Shown here: piece by piece, positions 1 to 10,200 of the stretch
Layout: each line of letters opens with the position of its first letter
How positions within the stretch are numbered: the first letter of the stretch is position 1
NCBI RefSeq assembly: GCF_002113885.1
Contig: NW_018404435.1
Span: 12,422-76,357 of the forward strand
Source of the DNA: Mizuhopecten yessoensis
Taxonomy: Eukaryota
Direction: 5' to 3'
DNA: 63,936 nucleotides
Program-made: the position numbers and the translations under genes
Notes under the pieces: model-generated
What the model was told of the DNA's origin: nothing
What the model saw: the letters and a program-made list of their open reading frames with translations, nothing else
Database searches by the model: none

Positions 1-3000
1 TGTACGGCATAACGGAAACACCTATTTCCCAGTGGTTCGGAAGGGAAGAACGGAAATGAATAAATCTCTTGGTGGCAACATCTTGCATAGGATCAACCCT
101 TCGTATTCTTCAATGTTGTCAAAGTTTTTCGTGATGGTTTTAGGATGGCCCAGGGGAACTTTCCCGACCTTGTTATTATAAGGATAGAGGGATGTCACGT
201 CATAGTACTTAATCTGCTGGTCTTCGGAGGCTTCGGCATACATCATAAATGCTTCTGTTCTTCCTCCATAGAAAGCGTCTCTTGGTTCTAGAGGGTCTTC
301 GATGTCTAATGTGTTCAAAAATGACTTGAGTGGTTTATCAAGCTTACTTTGTCTTTCAAAGTCGCATTCCCACATGCATCTGTAGTTATATCCCAGATGT
401 TGTAGATAACGTTGTTTGTCCAACGTTCTCATGTGGGGATCGGCCATGGTACAATCGGTTACGGTGTTGATCGTGTTACGGGCATAACATTTCGTACAAC
501 CGTGCCAGAAACATCCGTGGAATTCCAAGATAGTGTCCTTTTCTCCTTCATTTGTGATATACCCATCGACTTTGTAAGACCCTATATGTTTCTCTCCGTC
601 ATTGGCGGCATGTTGGATTCTAAGACCTTCAGTACTTGCGATGAATTTCAACCATTTCATTACTTTGATCGATTGTTTATCCTCCGGTCTGTAGCCATGT
701 GGTGGAATGATACCAATGATTTCGGACTCTAAAAACATTGTTCTGTACACAAGATTGCAGGCGGATGCTATGGTGATGCAATTTTGAAATGGGTAGATTC
801 CGCCGCTGCCGTCTTTATTCGTCATTTGAATAAGAATTTCCCGAAACTTTAAGCAGCGCTTCCGGATAATGTCTACGTCTTCCTTGATTTTCTTTGCGAT
901 TAAATAAATGAGGAATGTACCCTTTGGATTCTTCTTCTATTCCAAATGATTCTGGCAAGTCCGCCAAAGCCATAGGTAAGAAGTTGATGCTGTCCATGAA
1001 TCGAATGTGGCATTCTGGTACGTCAATACTCAGGTAATTAGAACCACTGGTGACAACCTCTTGCAGTATCCCATTCTGGTATAGGTACCCGAGGATAGGG
1101 TAACTGTCATAACCTTTAAAATTATGACACAAGACCTTGGCATCGTAGTTCCCCTCCGAAAACAACCATTTGCAAAACGCATTTGTCGTCTCGGGACCTC
1201 TGAAAGTCTTTTCGTTTGGCCCACAGTTGTCACATGTACTTGAAGATGTTAGAGCATGGTTCATGCAGGCATCACACGTTTTATGGACCACACACAGATG
1301 AGGTTGATGTCTGAATGAACCACACCGGGACTTTTTACAGTTGATACATCGCTTGCCAGCTCCTGGTTTGTAGCCATTCTCGCAATCTATGATGTCGTCT
1401 TGAGTACATTCAAAGTCGAAAAGTATATACTTATTGAGTTGCTCGGTTCCATCATGTTGTTTTCGCAATGGTTCGTCTGCTACAACCGTCTGCATATAGC
1501 ATTTATGATCATCGGCAAAGTAATCCTTTCACGTCTTACAGTAGTGATCACCACAAACGTGTACCTTCTTATGCATATCAACGTTGATGGCTTGATCACA
1601 GGCCTTGCATCGATAGTACGAGCCGCAAGTTGTTTTTCCCGATATAGATGGCTTTTTGTGACTATCGAAACACAGAATATTCTTGAAATATCTGTTGCAT
1701 TCGGCGCAGTATTTCCAATCCTCTACATCCTCGGGGTGAATGTGATGGTAATAAACGCAGGGATCATTGCACTTGTGTTTTTCCTTGTGATCATATCCCC
1801 TTTTGCATTGAGTGCAATAATAGTTCTTATTAAATAAACNCTCTACATCCTCGGGGTGAATGTGATGGCAATAAACGCAGGGATCATTACACTTGTGTTT
1901 TTCCTTGTGATCATATCCCCTTTTGCATTGAGTGCAATAATAGTTCTTATTAAAAAAAGCTGGCATGCTTGTGACTACATCGTAATGGTCGTCATGATGG
2001 TACAGGTATAGTTGTTTTTCGCGTTCGGGTCCAGCAAACACGATGGCGTTAATATGTTCCTTGGAAAGAACAATCAACTGATATCAGTCCAAGACGTCTT
2101 GGAATAGTTTTATTTCTTCGACTCCACACTTCTGTAGCGGCACTCCTGCTTTTGTATGGAGCTCTCTGGCCAACGTTGCTTGTATCTTTCCACCATGTCG
2201 TATTCCTTCCCATTTTGGATGCTTCTCGTGTCGTGCTTTTGCGGTCACGAGAGCTCTAGCACAACACAGATGGTCGTTGTTCTGGATTCGAATGAAACAT
2301 CTTTTACTTTTCATCATTTTGTCCAAATCAACAAAATGACAGCGCTTCCCTACACCACCTTTTGGCAGATGTACATGAACCAATTCCACTTCGAAAGTTT
2401 GATCAAGGACGAATTGTTCATAGGATTGTAACACGCGCTCGATCTCTGATAGTAGCCTATCTGCGGTCAAAGCCGATACCTTCATAAAAGGTAGCGTGAT
2501 TGGAAAGTCAAGTTCGGGGCATTCGACGGATAATCGAACCGAATCGTTTTTCTCCATGAATTCCGTAACATTGTCGATGAGTGACTAAAAAAAAAAGTTC
2601 TTCAGTGCTTTTAAAATATCTGCAATACCGTGTACTTCCAAATCTTTAAAAGCTACCCTGTAGTGTGTGCCTGTTGTCTGGAATTTAGGTATGTTAGTCT
2701 CTTTAACGACACGAAATTCATAGAGTTCGTCTGTCTTCTTGGCTGTTTTCTTTGTTGGGGTTGGATCTAAATTTTCGGTATCAGCAGGTCGCTTAACACC
2801 TCCTCCAGACTGACTGTGTTTCTGTTCCTGGTGACGCTGTAGATTATCCCCTCTACTAAATAACATTCCACAATCACCACATTGAAGTAAAGAAGCATCG
2901 GCATGTCGTAAAATATGTCTGTCGTAGTTATCCTGACGTCCAAAGGATTTTCCACAGACTGTGCATTTAAATTGATCAACATGGCCTCTTTTGTGCTCTT

Positions 3001-3055
3001 GTAGTAAGCTGGATTTGGAAAACGATGCTCCACAATGCTTACAGTCATACCCCAT
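1..3055 (-). pseudogene. Protein-primed family B DNA polymerase with N-terminal C2H2 zinc fingers; fragmented
   Basis: Five consecutive minus-strand ORFs. 2585-3055: three C2H2 fingers. 2084-2557: IRIQNNDHLCCARALVTA. 1529-2077: LYLYHHDDHYDVVTS and Cys-rich region. 815-1495: exonuclease motifs LFDFECTQD, CHNFKGYD, FMDSINFLPMAL. 22-825: ITIASAC, Vsr-like insert VDGY..EFHGCFWHGC, FYGGRTE, motif A YYDVTSLYP. Broken by stops and frameshifts, with an apparent deletion near 830-880. Confidence 0.9.
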
Positions 3056-3235
3056 CTTACTGCCGGGATAGATTTTCTGGTACTGAGCGCCAATCCTGGA
3101 TCACCTTAAAATATTAAGATATCATAATTCCCACAATGCAATTGAAATTAACCACGATGCATTTTGTTTAACTTCATAAAATGTATTTACATTTAAAGAT
3201 CACATCATTATTACTCTGACTGTAGAAGTGTAAGG

Positions 3236-4191
3236 ATGTATGGTATTGCGTGCTCGAGGTGTCAGAAGGCATTTTGTAGTCAATACAACCTACACAGGCA
3301 TATAAAGAAATGTCCGAAGTTGAATTTATACAAGGAGTACCGTTAAACCTCGAGAATGATCAGTTTCTAGATCCAAACGTGAATACAACCTACACAGGCA
3401 TATAAAGAAATGTCACTCAGGGGCGTACAAAACACTGGGGGTACATGAAACTCCAGGAGCGTATGGAGCGCATGAACGAGCGCATGGAGTTCCGGAAAGA
3501 GCGCCATGCCATGAAGCACCGGGAGGAGCGCATGGAGCACAATGCGCGCCAGAAAGAGCGCATGGAGCGAATGCGCGCCAGAAAGAGCGAATGGAGCACC
3601 GGGAGGAGCGCATGAAATGCCGGAAGCTGAGACAGTGACGGACTGTAAAGGCATTGAAGAGTTCTGTTTTAAACATCCCTTTACGATGATTGTGTCGGGA
3701 CCGACCTCTTGTGGCAAGGCGTATTTCGTGACAAAACTATTACAAGACAACATCACTAACTGAGTCCACCGCCCGAAAGGATTGTATGGCTGTACAAAAG
3801 ATGGCAGCCTCTGTATGACGTCTTCAGAACGACCGTCAGACCCGAAGTTGAATTCATACAAGGAGTACCGTTAAACCTCGAGAATGATCAGTTTCTAAAT
3901 CCAAACGTGAATAACGTCATTGTTATGGACGAACCTATGTCCATTGCTGCAAAAGATCGGCGAATAAGCGACTTGTTTACGGAAGGAAGCCATCATCGGA
4001 ACTTGTCGGTTATCGCTATAAATCAAAACCTCTACTACAGTAGGGATCCAACACAAAGACGAAATTGTCATTATTTAACGGTATTTAAGAATCCCATAGA
4101 CAGACAACAAATCATGCCGCTGGCACGACAGATGTACCCCGATAAAGCTGAACTTTTTATGCGGCACTTCGAACAGGCTACGAGGATTTAA
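3236..4191 (+). pseudogene. Polinton packaging ATPase (A32/FtsK-like) with N-terminal C2H2 finger and a low-complexity linker; disrupted
   Basis: ATG at 3236 reads MYGIACSRCQKAFCSQYNLHRHIKKC(H). Downstream are HPFTMIVSGPTSCGKA (Walker A), VIVMDE (Walker B) and LFTEGSHHRNLSVIAINQN. In-frame stop at 3761-3763, a 100-bp insertion at 3315-3414, and a frameshift near 3570. Confidence 0.85.
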
Positions 4192-4427
4192 AACCTACAA
4201 CTTCGGAACATCTGCGCCTGCGCACTGACGTATTAAATGACAAGCCAAAAGTCACGACACAGTCAATAAGAGGGCGACAAGGAGCGACTAAACTTCATTT
4301 AGTTGAAAGCAATTCAACAGGACAGACGTGCCCCAAGGAGCTCCAGGAGAGTAAGAACCCTGAACAAATCGACCACGAAGAAACCGCATACAACAACACC
4401 GCTGCAACAGAAACAGAGCCCTTACAC

Positions 4428-5058
4428 ATGCATTCCTGTGACGATTGTGGTCTGATGTTTGAGAACATACATGATTTACCAAGGCACGGTAAGAAATGGT
4501 GCCCTGAGAACGGTACTCTTAAAAGAAATTTGGTTGACGATGAAGACGAAGTAAAATTTCAAGTCAAGAAACATAAGTCTTATATCTTTGATGATGATGA
4601 CTCCAACATTTTCGATACAAATGAGGAGGAGGAAGATTCAGAAGAGGACGAATACTTCAAAACAATATGCAACCGGGCTAAAGCCAAAAACGAAGATAAT
4701 TGGAATGAAAGGGTAGAAAAATACAAAGAAAACGGACTTTCGAAGAAAGAGGCTGAGAGTAAGGCAGATACAAAGATGAAAGAGGAAAATCTTATGGAAT
4801 TCCTTAATCAATATGGGCCGACACTCGTTTATCTCTTACAACTAAAAGGTAGGAAACTGCACACGATAATAGAATCTGTGAAAAAGTATAGACGAAATGG
4901 TTATGAAAACTGCTGTACGAATGTTTCTTTCGAAAAACAAACACCATTTTCAGGAGTGTATGTATAAAAAAGATGATGTATCAGATATTGATGATGATGA
5001 ATTCGAATCTGAGGAGGAAAGCGATACAGAAGACACAAATGAAAATGAGGACAATTAA
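4428..5058 (+). pseudogene. Zinc-finger plus acidic/coiled Polinton ORF, possibly the C-terminal extension of the ATPase gene
   Basis: SCDDCGLMFENIHDLPRHGKKWC finger followed by D/E-rich tracts. A frameshifted acidic tail ends at TAA 5056-5058. Confidence 0.55.
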
Positions 5059-5117
5059 AAGTAAGGCATGCCTACGAATTATGCCATAAGTGTAGAAACG
5101 TCCGAGCAGTACACATC

Positions 5118-6203
5118 ATGGCGGCCTGGGAAGAGTATTTAAATGGCATTTATTTCGATCCTGCAAAGCCAGCGAGTCTGTCAGGACTAGACAAACTGTA
5201 TCAATTTGTCACGAAAGAAGGAAAATATGACATTAGCAAATACAAGATCAGAAAATGGCTTCAGCGACAGGAAACTTACAGCTTACAACGACCAAACAGG
5301 AGACCAGTACACAGAACCCACATACACGTCGCAGGAATAGATGACCAGTGGTCGGCTGACCTCATGGACATGGTCAAATTTTCAAAATACAACGCCGGAT
5401 ATACCTACGTACTGGTTGTCATCGATGTATTCTAGAAGTTTCTGTGGCTGAGAAGTATAAAGGACAGGACAGGTAACTCTGTAGTCGCTGGATTTAGAAG
5501 TATAATGGCAGAGGGACGAACGCCAAACAGGATACGAACGGACAAAGGTCCAGAATTCAAAGCGAAGGTTGTCCAGTCTCTGTTTCGTGAATATAACATT
5601 AGGCATACGTATGCACAAAACGAGGTTAAAGCCAGTATCAGTGAACGCGTATTGAAGACTATAAAGACGAAGATGTACAGGTACTTTACTTACAAACAAT
5701 CATATCGTTACATTGACAAGTTACGGAGTTTCGCCGACGGTTACAACCAAACAATACATAGAACTATCGACATAGCCCTAATTGATGTGACTATATATAC
5801 AGCTGAGACAGTGCGTGTGGCTACATATTTGAGTAGGCATACGGAATATCAAAGACAGAACTGGAGATTCAAATTAAAAATCGGAGACCGAGTGCGTACC
5901 ACACATTTGAGGAACATATTTACACGCGAGTACGATGAAAATTGGACCGGTGAAATATTTACTGTTGCTTAAGGATTCTGGAGACAATCCGTGCCCGTTT
6001 ACTATAACGATGAGGAGATAAAGGGTACATTTTATCAATCCGAACTACAGAAAGTGGATATCAAAGACAATGATATGTTGAAAATTGAAAAGGTACTGAA
6101 AACAAGAGGCAAAAGACGAAATAAACAAATGTATGTGAAATGGCTCCACTGGCCAAACAGATTCTCCTCTTGGGTAAATGCAAATGATGTTACGGATTTG
6201 TAA
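5118..6203 (+). pseudogene. Retroviral-like (rve) integrase with C-terminal chromodomain; disrupted
   Basis: YFDPAKPASLSG, QWSADLMDM, VIDVF, RTDKGPEF, ISERVLKTIK (DDE core) and KIEKVLKTR..YVKWLHWPNRFSSWV (chromodomain). Stops at 5433-5435 and 5970-5972. AATAAA near 6250. Confidence 0.92.
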
Positions 6204-6398
6204 ATAGACTTTATTGTAATTGTATAGATTCATGACTCTTTATTTGTAAATAAAATCGCATTGTATATACACTTTGACTTTCCTTGTTTCCTTACAAAAC
6301 ATCTGAATATTTTATGGTTTTTAAATACAATTCAAAATAATGACATGTCTTACAATCTACACATAAAGAGCAATAGCCCATTCAATAGCGTCGCTGAT

Positions 6399-6513
6399 CC
6401 GTGACCTTAGTGTCCGTGACCTTAGTGACCTTAGTGACCTTAGTGACCTTAGTGTCCGTGACCTTAGTGTCCGTGACCTTAGTGTCGTGACCTTAGTGTC
6501 CGTGACCTTAGTG
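6399..6513. repeat. Short 9/15-bp tandem repeat (GTGACCTTA / GTGACCTTAGTGTCC) inside the Polinton
   Basis: About 9 GTGACCTTA cores, directly visible. Confidence 0.9.
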
Positions 6514-7389
6514 ATTTCGTTGTATACACGTAGGATATACGCCATGCGATACTTTATAATAACAGATTGTGTACATAGTACGCCGGGGTGATAATATAAA
6601 TATTAAAAGGATTGTTGGGTACTGTTTTTAACAGATGCCATTTTAACTAAAATGTATTGATCACTGAAAATGTACCTCGACATTTTTCTCCACAAAACCA
6701 TGTCCATACATGGGGGGTTTACCATACAAAACATGTCTGTTCTTGTACAACATTATATATCGAGAGATAATGGATACTTAAACATTTTCTATAGTATTTA
6801 ATATACATTTTATACTGGCACAAATGACCATGCATATATTATACATATGTTATATATACCACACGTATTATATAAAACAAAGTATTTACCTTGAATTTCG
6901 TTTTTTTCTGATGGATCTTCACTATATTTTCCGTGTGCTCACACATCAGCCGAGTCTTGTGTTATGGGACTAAACGCCAACATGCATTCAGATATCTTTT
7001 CATATTCTGAAATAACCCTTTGTTCTCAAATATTATTGGACAATGTCATTTGCAATGTTATGTCGCCCTGACAACACAGTATATCTTGCCAATCGAGAAT
7101 TGGTCATTATAATTTCTATTGGATCAAAGAATATACCTGTTACGTCGTTATGACTACGTGTTGAAATTGTCCTTTAAATGTTGTACAATGTCACAATAGA
7201 ACATCGAGCGTGTAAATAAAAGGATTTCAAAAGTCGATCACATACAACGTCGCCACAATTAATTCTTTTCAATACCGATGATATCAATCACCCGGAACAG
7301 GTGTGTTTTTTGATAATGGACCTTTGAATTACAAACAATCACACATCATTACAGTTGACCCATAATCAATATTGTCATATCAAAACCTA

Positions 7390-7481
7390 TTACTTCCGGT
7401 TTCCCTCCTCCCAAACAAAATGGCGGCCATACAAAGACTAAGAAGGAAAAAAAAATACCTATAGGTATGTCCTAGACTACT
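7390..7481. other. Probable Polinton terminal inverted repeat end
   Basis: ACTTCCGGT (ETS-like), AAAATGGCGGCC (YY1-like), 14-bp palindrome ATACCTATAGGTAT at 7455-7468, and terminal ACTACT at 7476-7481. Confidence 0.65.
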
Positions 7482-7570
7482 CCAGTCGATTATAAGAGGC
7501 TGGCTATGATGTTTTTCTGAAACAGACCTAGTATTTTGGTCGAAGTTCGATTGCTAGTATTATTTCAATT

Positions 7571-7805
7571 TTAAACGGAACAAGTGTCTTGTTCCTAGTA
7601 CCGTTTATGTTAAACGGAACTAGGGTCTGGTTCCCAGTTCCGTTAAGGTTAAACGGAACTGGGGCTTGGTTCCCAGTTCCGTTTATGTTAAACGGAGCTA
7701 GGGGCTGGTTCCTAGTTCCGTTTACCTTAAACGGAACTAGGGTATGGTTCCTAGTTCCGTTTATCTTAAACGGAACTAGGAACTAGGAACCAACTTCAGG
7801 CTCCC
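7571..7805. repeat. MITE family M end with ~5.5 tandem 39-bp hairpin units (AAACGGAACTAG-n10-CTAGTTCCGTTT)
   Basis: Self-complementary unit, ending in AACTTCAGGCTCCC. Related sequences at 16160, 21701 and 59312. Confidence 0.75.
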
Positions 7806-8824
7806 TTCTTGCTTCCACGAACTTAAGTTGTGTACCTCTTAAACGATGGCTGTTGGTTGTTGGCTGCTCCAAGGATTGCGAGTTCATCAACGATAATCGC
7901 GGAAAATTAGAATTATGAAAATAACAAAATCTCACTGGAAAGCATTGAGATAGGGAAAGGTAATCATCGCGCGTCTTTGATTTTGCTGTTGTCCAGTTGG
8001 ATTCAGACACACATCAATGGCAACTGTAGAAAAATCAATTGAATTAAAATCTGTCGGGAGAGAGTTATTCTACAAGGCAAGGAATGCTATATCTTACTCA
8101 CGGAGAGTGAGCATTGACTTTACTCTAAATAGATTATTGGAATTCTCTGCGGAAGGATACCGATATTCAGTGATTTGTCCACGTATTGCTATATATATAC
8201 CTAAACGTCGTGATAGATGTCGATGATCAGTCCATATACATGTTGTACAGCATGACGACTTAAGCCGCAAAAGGAATGTTGGAGATATGCAGAAGTATCC
8301 GATTTCCTTCTTTAACTTGTATGAACGTGTGCATTGGTGATATTATACAAATGTCTACGAACACTATCCGACAGTTTCCATGGAAACGATGAGAAAGGCT
8401 CGTTATTTGAAGTCCGGGATTAATAGTATATAATTACCAACTTTAATCAATCCATAATATCTAGCAGTCGTCCCTTTACAATCAGCGAAACACCACCTGG
8501 GCCCAGTTGTTCAAAAGATAATTAGCTTAATCACTGTTTAACGACATTTTTCAACCTTTCATAATGTCGTCAATACACAATGTGAAGGCTCCTAAATTTA
8601 CACATACATTGGAACGAACCCGATTTGTGACTGGCTTGTTTTTGGTATCATATAAGGCTGAGCGTATCAGGAATGGTAAAGAAAGAAAAGATACTCCTAG
8701 TTTAATTATTTCCTTAATACTTGAGAAATGCTGGTTGATGAAGACTATAAAAAATGTCATCTAGAAATATATTATTTCCTTTATGGGATAATATATTGTT
8801 TTGAGTGGCTATACTGGCGATTAG

Positions 8825-9571
8825 TATGGTGGCATATTTCTGCCATCCACTTGCGACTTACGAGTTATGTATGTCGACATAATTATTGAAAGATGTCGAC
8901 ATAATCTGAGAATATGTCGACATAATCTGAGAAGATGTCGACATAACTGTTAAATTATGTCGACATATTATCACATTTGCCGAGATAATTTTGCCGAGAT
9001 AATTATCTCGTAAGTGGGTAACTCGGCTTTTTATCGTGTTAATGCTCGGGTGTGACATCGACTTGCCACTTACGACTTGCCACTTACGACTTATTTATGT
9101 CGACATCCTAGTAGATTATTGCCGACTTACCAAAACGAGGCTTGTGCACGAGGACCGCGAAGGTGGGCTGATGGTGACTGAACAGTGGTGACTATACTGG
9201 TGAGTAACTTGGTAAAATCAATGTAAATATGGGAAATCAAAGATATGGATATTACAGTAGGTTACTATGATGTACAGAGTTTATCAATCAAAGAGGGATT
9301 TTACATAAATAAGTCGTAAGTGGCAAGTCGTAAGTCGATGTCACACCCGAGCATTAACACGATAAAAAGCCGAGTTACCCACTTACGAGATAATTATCTC
9401 GGCAAAATTATCTCGGCAAATGTGATAATATGTCGACATAATTTAAAAGTTATGTCGACATCTTCTCAGATTATGTCGACATATTCTCAGATTATGTCGA
9501 CATCTTTCAATAATTATGTCGACATACGTAACTCGTAAGTCGCAAGTGGATGGCAGAAATATGCCACCATA
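8825..9571. mobile_element. Non-autonomous DNA transposon (MITE), IS3EU-type
   Basis: About 270-bp near-perfect TIRs, TATGG...CCATA termini, internal ~21-bp ATGTCGACATAAT repeats, and a 6-bp TSD GATTAG (8819-8824 / 9572-9577). TAY..RTA termini with a 6-bp TSD is the described IS3EU signature. Confidence 0.8.
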
Positions 9572-9615
9572 GATTAGAACATGAAATTTGGTTTAAACTT
9601 TTTGACCTACCAATC

Positions 9616-10085
9616 TCGAGTTCAAACCAAGTTACATGTTCTAATCCCGAGTATAGTCACGAAAAACAATGTCGCATCCCCATTCTAACACGCCTTAACA
9701 AATATAATATAATATGTTTATACACATGTGTGTTTAACGTGCTACACGTAGGTAGTAAAGTACTCTGTTACCTTGGCTGGTGACTTGTCGTTCTGCAGCG
9801 GACTGACCAATCAGTCACATTTGACCACGCCCATACTGGCGCGTCCTGTTACCAAGGTTTATACGACACATTTGAATAACATTGACTAAATTCATACATT
9901 TCAATGTAAATATGCATGCCAATCTGTATGTATCGACAAACCGGTGATCCTTTATTAAGATGTGTGAAGAGTTTTGTGCAAAATTCAAAAGACACATGTT
10001 TAATATTTGATTTCGGGCCGAACTATAGATGCCTACACGCGAATGGAACGAACGCTTCAGTAACAAATGGAGGTATGAACAAGGA
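9616..10085 (-). repeat. Unclassified dispersed element X, copy 1
   Basis: Diverged reverse complement of 26817-27359, e.g. shared CTGCAGCGGACTGACCAATC, CGCCCATACTGGCG and ATCCCCATTCTAACAC. Confidence 0.8.
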
Positions 10086-10200
10086 AATTAACTATTTATC
10101 TTAAATTAGTCAACAAATAAATTGCATCGGTCCTTTCTATTCTGTTGCCTGCTAGCCGTATCAGCGTGCTAGAATGTGTGATATGCTAGTGTATGTTAGC

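Larger units (their letters stand above)
1..7481. mobile_element. Decayed Polinton/Maverick (adintovirus-like) element, right-hand part; continues left of the window
   Basis: Cluster of protein-primed PolB (-), A32-like packaging ATPase (+) and retroviral-type integrase with chromodomain (+), followed by an ACTACT terminus at 7476-7481 (AGTAGT on the other strand), typical of Polinton TIR ends. Confidence 0.9.

Noticed and set aside
1721-1953. ~113-bp tandem duplication in PolB
   Set aside because: The copies flank a single N at 1840; probably overlapping contig ends or haplotypes.
7571-7805. CRISPR-like palindromic repeats
   Set aside because: No unique spacers, no cas genes, and a eukaryotic TE context. 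The same applies to all other arrays.
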